Assembly (NCBI RefSeq): GCF_036365525.1 | Contig: NC_090394.1 | Coordinates: forward strand, 58,092,914 to 58,156,913 | Direction of reading: 5' to 3' | Length of the DNA: 64,000 nt | Source: Heterodontus francisci | Taxonomy: Eukaryota | The notes under the pieces: generated by a model | What the model was told of the DNA's origin: nothing | Databases searched by the model: none | Seen by the model: the letters and a program-made list of their open reading frames with translations, nothing else | Part shown: positions 11,695-23,769 of the stretch, in pieces | Layout of the letters: each line of letters opens with the position of its first letter | How positions within the stretch are numbered: the first letter of the stretch is position 1 | Program-made: the position numbers and the translations under genes

Positions 11695-12185
11695 GAACAT
11701 AAATAGGAGCAGGAAGAGGCCATTCAACTCCTCAGGCCTTCTCCAACATTCAGTAAGATCAAGGCTGATTATCTACCTCAGCTATACTTTCCTGCACTAT
11801 CCCCATATCCCTTGATTCCCTTGGTATCCAAAAATCTGTCAGTCTCTAATTTGAATATACTTTGAGCATTCACAGCTCTCTCGCATAGAGAATTCCAAAA
11901 GTTCAGAATCCTTTAAGTGAAGAAATTCCTCCTCATCTCAGTCCGAAATGGCTGACCACTTTGTCTGAAACTCTGACTCCAGTTCTAAACTCCCCACTGA
12001 GGGGAAACATCCTCCCAGCATTGACTATGTCAAGCTCCTCAAGAATTTTATGTTTCAATGTGGTCATGTCTCATTCTTTCAAACTCTAGGGAATATAGGC
12101 CTAGAATACTCAATTTCTCCTCATAGGACAATCCCCTCATCCCAGGAACCAGTCTAGTGAACCTTTGTTGCACTCCCTTTAAGCA
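11695..12185 (-). mobile_element. CR1 LINE 3' fragment
   Basis: ORF 12048-12293 contains GVQQRFTRLVPGMRGLSYEEKLSILGLYSLEF; the 3' UTR resembles 44690. Confidence 0.9.
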
Positions 12186-14204
12186 TATCTGTTGTAGCTG
12201 TACCTGTATAATCTGCCTCCAGAATAACAGGATTTTGATAAAAGGAGCAATGGAAATGCATAGCAGCAGCTCCCTGTTCAGGTACAGTTTCAAGATAGCA
12301 AATCTGCTTCTTGCACTTTTGGTCTGTTGTCTCTAAACTTGGTACTTTAAAAAAAAGTTAACCCAATATTGTTTCTTCTTATACTTTATAACTAAATTAA
12401 AACATTTTATTTATGATGTTTCTAGGATAGTTTCTTTAAAAAGAATTTAAAATGACTTCCCTCGTAATGAAAGGGGAACCAGCAGATAAACATTTTTTTT
12501 AAATTATAGCAGCTTCTCAGCCTTAAGACTTAAAATACACACAAAATGAAGGTTACGAACATCATTGGGCACTTGTTTCTTGTACTAGCACCATTATTTT
12601 CCCATCTGTTTGTTGCCTTGACAACTATAATTAGTCATCACTTTGATGTACCTTCCTCCTCACCCCTCATTCCATAATATGTTCAGATTTATTTATGGAT
12701 ACAAGTACCTCATAAAGAGAAGCTGAAGGACTAGATCTGTAAAATATATAAATCAACCAAAATATTTGCTCTAAATCAAACAATGCTTCAGCATTGTAAT
12801 TGAATCAAGTTTTCTCTCCCTAATCTAAACCATTCACACACTGTGTGGTCCATTTAATATGAATTCCATCTGTTAATGTTTGTTGATTGCATCAAGCCAT
12901 TGCTGTTGATATTTGTGTATCAGTTGGAGAATTGTTTTGCACGTAATGAATCAGAATCTTACTGCGGCATTATAGATTTCTATGGTAACAAGCCCTGCAG
13001 CAAATAGAGTGGTGCATAATATAGAGGGGAATTTTTGTAATTTTTTTTCTTTTCCTTTTTTCCAACTTCCTCACCATATGTTGTATGTGTGACTGGAAAA
13101 TCACATACATGCCCCATTTGTCGGAACGAAGTGATGTCAACTCAGCAGTTTAGTAGCATGCTGCTTTTTAGCCAAAATTGAATGTTTGGCAGTCCAATTT
13201 TTCGTTGCCAATAACACTGGTTGCTGGTGGAAAACAATGGTGCCCAATGCAAGTTTAAATATTGAAACCACAAAACCAATTCTATGCCTACCGATCCTCC
13301 TGTGACCAATACTAAGGTTAAAGAATGGTGGGCAGAATTGTAGTTCTACAGCATCTACCAATTAGAACTAAAGTTGACAAAAAGATATTAGCTAGAGGTT
13401 AAATATTTGCACTTGTCTTGGCTGTTTTTCAAAGTTGTTCTTACTGGTTTTATTAGCTTATTGTCCAGTAAATAAGTTTTGAATCTTGCAGGCTTTTTCA
13501 TTCTCCCTCAAACCAATTTTGCTTTCATTGTAAGACTTGTAGTTCTTCAGGGAGTCTGTTCTTAAGCTTGCTGCCACTGGAATATCCTTTCTGCCCTAAT
13601 TGATCTTTTTAAAAATCATGTCAACTCAAATTTTATTTTGGCCAATCTGTTCTTTGCTCTCCAATCTAAATGGAATTTGTCTCATCTTTTTAGTTCAGCA
13701 AGCTGTCTTTGTGGTTACAGATCTTGTCAGTGTTAGGTTATTACCTTAGGCTTGTTAGTTTCCACTTCTGAGACTCCCCCTGGTTCTGATCTCCCTGTTA
13801 CTAGTTCTGTCGGTTAAGTGTTTTTTCATCTGACATCCATTGAAGTTTGGGTCCAGCTCTTTAGTGGCCAATTGAAAACCAAGAATTTGAACAATAATTC
13901 ATACTGTTGCCAGTTTAATCATTCATGCACAGCAAAAAAATTTAGTGTTTTTGTTTCTAATCTCCGAATCAGTGACTGGTTGCCTTGGTACCCAGAAAAT
14001 ATACATTTCTTACGTCCACGAGGCAAGAGGGATGGTTTTATGTAAACACTGAGTCAAATTAAAACTAGAAGATATTCCTATAATTACTGCAAAGAGGAGC
14101 AAAGTAAATTGAATGAGTTTAGCTTATTCACACCCCTGATTCCAAGACCACTTAAATACAGGATGGAAGGCAACAATTTCTCCTTTTGCTGTGTAGTCAT
14201 GAGT

Positions 14205-14641
14205 AACAAGAACTTGCATTTGTATAGTGCCTAGCCATGTCCTCAGGGCATCAGAGAGAACTTTACCAATGGACTATTTTGAAATTGTAATCACTGTTCT
14301 TCAGTGGACATCACAGCCAATCTGCGCAAAGCAAGGTCCCAGAAACGGGAAATGAATGATTTATTTTTTTGGTGATATTGCTTGAGGGCGGAATCATTGC
14401 CAGAACACTAGGAGAATTCCCAGCTCTTCTTTGAAAAGTGCCAAGGGATCCTTTACATCCTCCTAAGCAGGCAGAGTTTTGTTTAAATATTTCATCAGAA
14501 AAGGCACATCCAACAATGCTGCACCCTCTCAATACTGCACTGGTGTCAACCAAGATTACGTATTCAAGGTCCACAGTGGGTCAGGGAGCCATGACCATCG
14601 GATTCTGAGGCAAGAGTGCTGCCAGCTTAGCCAAGCTGACA
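14205..14641 (-). mobile_element. SacSINE1-like Deu-SINE, near full length, old
   Basis: Minus strand shows a tRNA-like head (TGTCAGCTTGGCTAAGCTGGCAGCACTCTTGCCTC), a Deu-like core (GTGCCTTTTCTGATGA...GGATCCCTTGGCAC) and an L2-type tail (GCACTATACAAATGCAAGT). Confidence 0.82.
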
Positions 14642-14723
14642 TTTAAAAAGTGAGGGAAATTAAATGGTGCTGATGCTGTAGAATGTGATTTTATGAGGTC
14701 ATGGTTAGGCATTCTTGTAGAAT

Positions 14724-15571
14724 TGTTACCACCAGGTGAGCAATGTGTCTAGGGACACTTGCTGTCTTCACCTGTTCTTATTGTAACTGGGTTTAATTTT
14801 AAAACACACTGTGTTTTGAGCTCCCCTTTGTGTGAATTCTTGATCACAGTTTCCAATTATCAGGCACACACAGGCTTTCTTTGGTTTAAAGCAGAAAGAT
14901 GAAATTTATTAAACCTTAAACTTAACTCTAATACGGTTCATGCCTGCGGATATACGATGCGCTCACACTAGCATGCACACGCGATATAAACATGCAAGAT
15001 CGAGACAGAAAAGTGTAGAAGAGATAGGTAGAACAGTTTGAGGCAATATCTTGTTACTGTTTCTCAAGCTCACTGTAGTCCTTGACTGAAGTTATATTCT
15101 TGTGTTTCGTTGGAGCCCAGTAATCTTCTTAAGACTTTGTTCACATGGCAAACCTTTCTCTCTTTGCATTTCATGTGTCTTCAATGGTTTCAGTTCGCTG
15201 AGAGATAGGCAGGAGGTGTTCTTAGTTCCAAGAGAGCACATGGCATTCTGCCTGGCAACTCCTTTGTTTGGGAGTTCAAATTCAAAAAGCTGCCAGGGTG
15301 CTCAGCAGGTTAGTCATGTGACTAGTTCCTTATATGGAACAGTCTCTTCACATCCCTTGTTGGAGGCTCAAATTTCTCTGCCCCTGCCAGCTAGCCATGT
15401 GATTAAAACTAGTCTGACCACTTCTGTGTATTGGAGAGCAATTGCAGAGTCTCCATTGTTTCAACATGATCTGTTACCATGGAAATGTCTTTCCAGTCTT
15501 TTTAAAGTTTTAATGTTCATGTGGCGAAATAATGTGTGCCTCAGTCTTGGCAGGTGGGGGGTTGCCTGACA
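14724..15571 (-). mobile_element. Solo LTR (Gypsy-like), 848 bp
   Basis: Ends TGTTA...TGACA with a perfect 4-bp TSD GAAT (14720-23, 15572-75). Strand inferred from a minus-strand AATAAA near 14905. Confidence 0.85.
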
Positions 15572-16793
15572 GAATAGTATAAGGAAAGCACTCCAGTACA
15601 TAACACTGCTACTAAGAGCAGAGAAGAATCATGTTCTATTGCTAAGCAGTGCATTCTTGAGAACATGAAGCATGTTGAGAAAGTAGAATTGATGAAAATT
15701 TTAAAGATAAACTATTTTGAAGGCTATATTAAAATAAAGAGTAGAAGTTTAGATATCTGGTCCTTCTCCTGGGTTTGGGATAAGAACCTAATATTTTACA
15801 TCTTGTCCACATAAGTATACTGCAGGATCTGTTAACTGTATAATGAACAGCACCAGTGATCATCCTGTGTACCTCCCCTTCCAAGCTGACGAGAACATTT
15901 CAGAAAAAGGAATGTAGGTTAAAGTAGTGACCGAAAGAAAAAGTTAATTAAGGAGCATTGCAGATACATTGGTTTAGATCAGTTTATCTGCATTCTTGAT
16001 GTTTCATTTGTTACTTTTACTAAATCTCACATTTTTAGATGCGGGTTGAAACCCATTTTGAAAGCTTGGGATATCAAGGAAATCTGGTTCAACATGTGGA
16101 TTTCATAATTCATACTGCAAATTGTTTCTTGTAGTTTGATTTCAGTGTACTCTACGACTTGTGTAATGGCAGCATTATTTATTTCAATTTAGTGCTGATA
16201 TTGTGGAGAGTTGGAAAGAATACTGCACATACCTGTGTGCAAAGCTGTAATTGCCAGTGGGGAAGACTTGATTTTCCTAATTAGTTCCACACGGTTATTT
16301 TTGTTTAGATAGATTTAAAGGTTTACTTACTATTGGGCTTAATCTTTTATCTGCTTTAGAAAGACATTCTGACTAAAAGTGTGGCTTGCAAACAAGACAT
16401 AAGTATTATATATTATTGTGCATGAAATAAAGCTACAAAAAATGATCAATACTAGATCCTCTGGTGAATACTAGGTATTAAATCGAACTTTGTGCCCCAA
16501 AACTCACCAGTGTGGTTTCCATTTTATATATCTAGCAAATATTGCATAAGTCTCATGATCTTCATCCTGCTACCTCCTTCACCACATTCAGAAACTTTTT
16601 AAAAACCCTTAATTTTCTCTGTGCTTTTACCTCATTCTGACTTTTTTTACTTCTCTTCCTTAACCTGCCTGGGGTGCACTCGCTATTCACTGTGGTGTAA
16701 AGCGCTCTAAGATAGGGAAGGATAGAAAGGAGGAGGGGTGGTAGTATTGAATGATTAAAGAGAATATTACAGTGCTATAGAGGATGTTCTGAG

Positions 16794-17542
16794 TAAAGGC
16801 CTGCTACCCGACGGGAACCGACAACGTTTCGGGGTCAGGTCGGGTCGCTCTTCCAGGTCCGACCTTTCGGCTCGGCTTGGGTCAAGCCAGGTCCAGGTCG
16901 GACACACACAGCAAGTATTGCAGGTAAGTTTTAAAAGTTAAAAACTTACCTGAGCTGGGAGTCCGGCACGTCAAAGAAGGAAACTCTGAGTCTGTGCAGT
17001 GAGTGTATGAGTGTCTCTATGACGTCATCGTGCTCATGCTGCAGCTTCCTGAAGATTGGTTTAGTTTAGTTTAGTTTAGAGATACAGCACTGAAACAGGC
17101 CCTTCGGCCCACCGAGTCTGTGCCGACCATCAACCGCCCATTTATACTAATCCTACACTAATCCCATATCCCTATCACATCCCCACCTGTCCCTATATTT
17201 CCCTACCACCTACCTATACTAGGGGCAATTTATAATGGCCAATTTACCTATCAACCTGCAAGTCTTTGGCATGTGGGAGGAAACCGTAGCACCCGGAGGA
17301 AACCCACGCAGACACAGGGAGAACTTGCAAACTCCACACAGGCAGTACCCAGAATTGAACCCGGGTCGCTGGAGCTGCGAGGCTGCGGTGCTAACCACTG
17401 CGCCACTGTGCCGCCCTAGTCAGAAGATAAGTAAAGGGAACATTCCGGTGGTCGGGTCGGGCTCGGGCCGGGTCAGACTCTGGTCCAATGTGGTTCCGTC
17501 GGGTTCGGGTTGGGTTTTTTTTGTGACTCGAGCAGGCCTTTA
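16794..17542. mobile_element. hAT-like MITE (family H1) with GGGTC/ACCCG subterminal repeats; contains an HE1 SINE
   Basis: Perfect 12-bp TIR TAAAGGCCTGCT / AGCAGGCCTTTA; degenerate ~8-bp TSD GTTCTGAG / TTCTGTAG within the CR1. Confidence 0.82.
17059..17416 (-). mobile_element. HE1-type V-SINE
   Basis: Same structure as 1551-1884, with a (GTTTA)n tail on +. Confidence 0.93.
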
Positions 17543-18661
17543 TTCTGTAGGGGTCGAGGACAGTACCTATTTGGTTAGAGTTGAGGAACAGTCATGGTGC
17601 CATTACACTACTGGGTGTATTCTATAGGCCACCGACTAGTGGGAACAATATAAAGGAGCAGATTGGCAGGGAAATTACAAAGAGGTGCAAGAACTATAGA
17701 GCAGTGATAGTGGGGACTTCAGTTATCTTGATATAAACTATAATAGTGTAAAGGGCATAGAGGCGGAGAAGTTTCTTAAGTGTATTCAGGAGAATTTTCT
17801 TGTAGTACATGTAGTTTCTTGTAGAAAAAGGAAGGAGGCAGCTGGATCTGGTCATGGCCCTGGGGTGGATCAAGTGTTAGTAGGGGAACGTTTTAAGGAA
17901 CAGTGATTAGCTATGGAAAAGGACAAGGAGCAATCTAGAGTAAAAATACTCAATTGGAGGAGTGCCAGTTTCTGTGGGCTGACAACGGATCATCCCGGGA
18001 AGTTGGAATCAAAGATCGGCAAGCAAAACTATAATCGCACAATGAGCTGCTTTTCAGGAGCAGATGGTTTGGGTACAGTCAAGGTACATTCCCACAAGGA
18101 GAAAGGTAGGACAAACATAGCCAGAGCTCCCTGGATGATGAAAGAGGTAGAGTGTAAGATGAAGCAGAAGAAGCGGGCATATGACATATGTCAGGTTATT
18201 AATAAAGGTGACAACAGGTTGAATATATAAAGTTCAGAGGGGAGATGAAAAAGGAAATAAGAAGGGTGAAGAGAGTATGAGCAGAGACTGGCAGTTAACA
18301 AAGGACAAACCAAAAGTCTATATATGCATATAAGTCGATAAAGGGTAGTAAGAGGAGGAGTGGGGCTGATTAGGGACTAAAAAGGAGATCTACATGTGAA
18401 GCGGAAGCCATGGATGAGGTACTAAATGATCACTTTGTATCTGTCTTTACCAAGGAAAAGGGTGCTACCCAATTCATAGTGAAAGAGGAGGTAGTTGAGA
18501 TACTGGATGGGCTAAAAATTAATAAAACGGAGGTATTAGAAAGGCTGTACCTAAAGTTGATAAGTCACAGGGACGGAATTGGATGCATCCAAGGATGCTG
18601 AGGGAAGTAAGGGTGGAAATTGCAGAGGTACTGACCACCGTTTTCCAATCCTTCTTAGATA

Positions 18662-19012
18662 TTTTTTAGATTAGAGATACAGCACTGAAACAGGCCCTTC
18701 GGCCCACCGAGTCTGTGCCGAACATCAACCACCCATTTATACTAATCCTACACTAATCCCATATTCCGACCAAACATCCCCACCTGTCCCTATATTTCCC
18801 TACCACCTACCTATACTAGTGACAATTTATAATGGCCAATTAACCTATCAACCTGCAAGTCTTTTGGCTTGTGGGAGGAAACCGGAGCACCCGGAGAAAA
18901 CCCACGCAGACACAGGGAGAACTTGCAAACTCCACACAGGCAGTACCCGGAATCGAACCCGGGTCGCTGGAGCTGTGAGGCTGCAGTGCTAACCACTGCG
19001 CCACTGTGCCGC
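18662..19012 (-). mobile_element. HE1-type V-SINE
   Basis: Same structure; interrupts the CR1 RT region. Confidence 0.93.
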
Positions 19013-20099
19013 AGTGGGTGGTTCCAGAGGACTGGAGAATTGAAAATGTTACACCCTTGTTCAAAATGGGTGTAAGGATCAACTGAGCAACTACAGGCAT
19101 GTCAGTTTAACCTCAGTGGTGGGAAAGCTTTTAGAAATGATTATCCGGGACAGAATTAGCAATCTCTTGGACAAATGTGGATTAATTAAGGAAAGCCAGC
19201 ATAGATTTGTTAAAGGCAAATCGTGTTTAATTAACTTAGAGTTTTTTGATGAGGTAACAGAGATGGTTGGTGAGGGTAATGCAGTTGACGTGGTGTATCT
19301 GCACTTCTAAAAGGTGTTTTATAAAGTGCCACATAATAGGTTTGTCAGCAAAGTTGAAGCCCATGGAATTAAAGGGATAGTGGCAGTATGGATATGAGAT
19401 TGACTGACTGAAAGACAGGAATGGAGAGTAGTGGTGAACAGTTGTTTTTTTTTGGACTGGAGGAAGGTATACCGTGGTGTTCCTCAGGGGTCGGTAATTG
19501 GACCACTGCTTTTCTTGATCTATATTAATGACTTAGACTTGCGAATACAGGGCATAATTTCAAAATGTCCAGCTGGCGAAAATGTGGAAATAGAGTGAAT
19601 TGTGAGCCGGATAGTGATAGACTTTAAGAGGACGTAGACAGGCTGGTGGAATGGTTGGACACATGGCAAATGCAATTTACTGTAGGAAGTGTGAAGTGAT
19701 ACATTTTGGTAGGAAGAGCGAGGAGTGGCAATATAAACTAAAAGGCACAATTCTGAAGGGGTGCAGGAACAGAGAGACCTGGGGTTATAAGTGCACAAAT
19801 CATTGAAGGTGGCAGGACAGGTTGAGAAAGTAGTTAATAAGGCATACGGGATCCTAAACTTTATAAATAGAGGCATAGGCCAGAATTATCGGCCCCCCAG
19901 GAGTGGGCTGGAGGTGGTGGTTGGGGGCGGGGGGGGGGGGGGGGGGTGGAAGAGAGGGTAGTAAAGCCAAGTGGGAGGCGGGGAGTGCCGTTTCTGTTGC
20001 CTACCTGCCCCTATTGACAATTATCCAGCCAATGGGGGAAGTTGAAAATGGCCTGCCTGCCCCAGGTCAGTTGAGGCCCTTAAGTGTCCGATTAATTGT

Positions 20100-20714
20100 C
20101 CGAGCTCGACAGAACCACATCCGGCCCGAGTTCTTTCATTTTTTCCCGCGCCAAACCCGACCTGACCATCAGTTAACCCAGCTTCCGTTTTTCACTTTGT
20201 TGCTTATCTGCGCAAGCTTAAAAAAACTGTAACTAAACAAGCTTTCAAGTCCAAAAAGTACATAAACCTTGGAGCCAAGTACCGGGGTGGCGATAGAGTG
20301 TACCCAGCCCGACCTAACTTGAGCCCGAATAGCAACCCGACACATGTTTTTTTTAAAGAGATACAGCACTGAAACAGGCCCTTCGGCCCACCGAGTCTGT
20401 GCCGACCATCAACCGCCCATTTATACTAATCCTACACTAATTCCATATTTTTACCACATCCCCACCTGTCCCTATATTTCCTTACCTATACTAGGGGCAA
20501 TTTATAATGGCCAATTTACCTGCAAGTCTTTGGCATGTGGGAGGAAACCGTAGCACCCGGAGGAAACCCACGCAGACACAGGGAGAACTTGCAAACTCCA
20601 CACAGGCAGTACCCAGAATTGAACCCGGGTCGCTGGAGCTGCGAGGCTGCGGTGCTAACCACTGTGCCGCCACTGTGTTGTCAGTTCCCATCAAGGTCGG
20701 GTAGCCATGCTGTA
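20100..20714. mobile_element. hAT-like MITE family H1, left end deleted; contains HE1
   Basis: CGACAGAACCACAT and the right end GGTCGGGTAGCCATGCT are shared with 28285-28491. Confidence 0.75.
20347..20675 (-). mobile_element. HE1-type V-SINE
   Basis: Same structure; nearly identical to the 17059 copy. Confidence 0.93.
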
Positions 20715-21256
20715 TCGTCTCGCCACTGCTGGTGTGTTACCAGTGGCAGCTGGGAACTTCAGCACCTGAAAAAGCCGCCTGGTAATACTAGGTGGCCTCC
20801 TGGCTGGCCCAGAGATGGGGCGCCCTCTTGATTGGGCACCTTGTGCCCCATGGAGGGCCCTCACAGCAGCACAAGCCGCTCCGAATCACCTTCCCCTGCC
20901 CTCCTGAACGACCCCCACTCCCCTTGCTGGGGCCCAGCTGATTGTCCCCAGCAAGGCCAGAAACTCCACTCACCTTTATGGAGGCCGATGTCCATGGTCC
21001 TCCTCTGACTGAGTGCAGTCAGTGGCACTGCTGGGACTGAAGAGCTGCCAGCCCACTGATTGGCTAACAGCTCATAGTGGCGGGCCTGTGCGTAAGAGGG
21101 GCAAAAGTCCCGCTTGAGGCCAATTATGGACCTGGGCCACATAAAATTCCTGCGTGGCTTCCAGGCACAGTGGAGGCCATAGAGTACAAAAGCAAGGAAG
21201 TTAGGATGAATCTTTATAAAACACTGGTTTGGCTTCAACTGGAATATTGTGTCCAA

Positions 21257-21715
21257 GGAGGCGGTGGCGTAGTGGTATTGTCACTGGACTAGTAACCCAG
21301 ACATGGGTTCAAATCCCATCACAGCAGAAGGTGGAATTTGAATTCAATTAATAAATCTGGAATTAAAAAGCTAGTCTAATGATGGCCATGAAACTATTGT
21401 CGATTGTTGTAAAAACCCATCTGGTTCACTAATGTCCTTTAGGGAAGGAAATCTGCTGTCCTTGCTGGTCTGGCCTACATGTGACTCCAGACCCACAGCA
21501 ATGTGGTTGACTCTGACATGCCCTCTGAAATGGCCTAGCAAGCCACACAGTTGTATCTAACTGCTAGCACTATGGGTGTACCTACCCCACATGGACTGCA
21601 GCGGTTCAAGAAGGCAGCTCACCACCACCTTCTCAAGGGCAATTAGGGATGGGCAATAAATGCTGGCCTGGCCTGCGACACCCACATCCCATGAATGAAT
21701 TAAAAAAAAAAAAAA
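21257..21715 (+). mobile_element. tRNA-headed SINE (family X) with LINE-X-derived tail and poly(A)
   Basis: A box TGGCGTAGTGG, B box GGTTCAAATCC; the last ~130 bp match the LINE 3' end at 44110-44245 and 46580-46715. Confidence 0.88.
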
Positions 21716-22201
21716 TTCTGGACACCACTCTTTAGGAAGGATATGAAGGCTTTAAAGAGGGTGCAGAAAACATTTACGAGAATGTTTCCAGACTTCAGTT
21801 ATATGGATAAATTACAGAAGATGGGATTTTCCTTCAAGAAGAGCAAGTTCAAAATCATGGGTCTAGACAGGGTAGGTAAAGAGAAACTGTGCCCATTGGC
21901 AGAAGGGCCAAGAACCAGAGTACACAGATTTAACATGATTGACAAAAGAACCAAAGACGACATGAGGAAGAACTTTTTTATGCAGCAAGTGGTTAGGATC
22001 TGGAAAGCACTACCTGAAAGGGTGCTGGAGGCCGATTCAATTGTGGATTTCAAAATGGAATGGGTTAAGCACATGAAGAGAAATTTGCAGGACTATGGAG
22101 AAAGGACTACGGAATGGGGCTAACTAAATTGCTTTTGCAGAGAGCCAGCATGGACATGATGTGCCAAATGGTGGCCTCCTGTGCTGCAAGTATTCTATGA
22201 G

Positions 22202-23238
22202 TCATAGAGTCATACAGCACAGAAACAGGCCCTTCGGCCCATTGTGTCTGTGTCGGTCATCAAGCACCTACCTATTCTAATCCCATATTCCAGCACTTGC
22301 CCCATAGTCTTGTATGCTATGGCGTTTTAAGTGCTCATCTAAATACTTCTTAAATGTTGTGATAGTTCCTGCCTCTACCACCTCTTCAGGCAGTGTGTTC
22401 CAGATTCCAACCACTCTCTCTGGGTGAATTTTTTTTTCCCCAAATCCCCTCTAAACCTCCTGCCCCTTACCTTAAATTTATGCCCCCTGATTATTGACCC
22501 CTCCGCTAGGGGAAAAAGTTTCTTCCTATCTAATCTATCAATGCCCCTCATAATTTTGTATACCTCAAATATGTCCCCCCCCCCCCTCAGCCTGCTCTGC
22601 TTTAAGGAAAACAACCCTAGCCTTTTTAGTCTCTCTTCATAGCTGAAACACTCCAGCCCAGGCAACATCCTGGTGAATCTCCTCTGCACCCTCTCCAGTG
22701 CAATCACATCCTTCCTATAGTGTGGTGCCCAGAACTGTACACAGTACTCCAGCTGTGGCTAACTAGTGTTTTATACAGCTCCATCATAACCTCCCTGCTC
22801 TTACCTTTATTAGCCGAGGCATAGAATGTAAGTATCCCATATGCCTTCCTAACCACCTTATCTACCTGTGCTGCTGCCTTCAGTGATCTATGGACTAGTA
22901 CACCAAGATCCCTCTGACCTTCTGTACTTCCTAGTGTCCTACCATCCATTATATATTCCCTTGCCTTGTTAGTCCTCCCAAAATGCATCACCTCACACTT
23001 CTCAGGATTAAATTCCATTTGCCACTGCTCCGCCCATTTTACCAGCCCATCTATATCGTCCCCTAATCTAAGGCGTTCCTCCTCACTATTTATGACACCA
23101 CCAATTTTCGGGTCGTTTGCAAACATACTGATCATACCTCCTATATTCACGTCTAAATCATTAATGTACACTACAAACAGCAAGGGTCCCAGCACCGATC
23201 CCTGCGGTACACCACTGGTCACAGGCTTCCACTTGCAG
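22202..23238 (-). mobile_element. CR1 LINE 3' fragment (RT C-terminal half), fairly young
   Basis: ORF 22704-23258 has [22 protein letters not shown]...FANDPKIG; ORF 22375-22707 has LERVQRRFTRMLPGL. Confidence 0.95.
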
Positions 23239-23769
23239 AAACAACCCTCGACCATCACCCTCTGCCTCCTGCTTCTCCTGACCTCCTATATAATGAATGC
23301 AATAGAAATGCAAGTTGTAAATGTTGAACATTATCTCAAGATTGTTAGTAAAGCAATGACAATTAGTTGTATTTCTAATAAACACCATTTTTTAAATGTT
23401 TGAGTATCTGAAGTGCGATGTTTTGCAAAACATTCATAGGTACTGTATTCTAGAACATCCTAAAAAGGATTTAAAAGATGACTTTAGCACTGACCATTCC
23501 ATTTTATGAAGGAATGATAAGACAATAATACCACAAACCATATCCTTAAATGTCTAAAATGTGAAGATTTAGATCAAATTAAATGCACAATAACTCAAAG
23601 TTAGCTGAATGCCTGGAAACAATAAATGTGCAAAATCCACATTAAGTTTTTATTTGTAGCTGAGTTTTGTCCGAAGTACTCCAATTTATAAAATAATAGA
23701 CATAATATTTGCCTTTCTAAAAACTTAAGTCATCAAGTTTTTAAATGTTCACAACGCCCTTACTGCTTA

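Larger units (their letters stand above)
19878..21178. mobile_element. GC-rich MITE family A (PIF/Harbinger-like) with nested hAT MITE and HE1
   Basis: Splits the CR1 sequence GAGGC-ATA-GAGTAC with ATA duplicated (19875-77, 21179-81); left end GGCCAGAATT; internal homology to 35050-35710. Confidence 0.82.
16705..22200 (+). mobile_element. Long decayed CR1 LINE (endonuclease through RT to 3' tail) hosting nested insertions
   Basis: Endonuclease motif IWLELRN...LGVFYRPP at about 17570-17635; RT pieces QHRFVKGKSCL and DVVYLHF; C-terminal ORF 21743-22123; the pieces rejoin colinearly across the inserts. Confidence 0.93.

Noticed and set aside
13440-13900. Possible ancient CR1 linker fragment (similar case at 43150-43700)
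   Set aside because: Too diverged to set boundaries or support a call.
15102-15569. 155-aa ORF
   Set aside because: It lies inside a solo LTR, starts at a non-ATG codon and has no recognisable domain.
1689-20831. Recurrent ORFs MWEETGAPGENPR... and MAQWLA... (four near-identical sets) resembling a small gene family
   Set aside because: They are chance translations of both strands of HE1 SINE copies.
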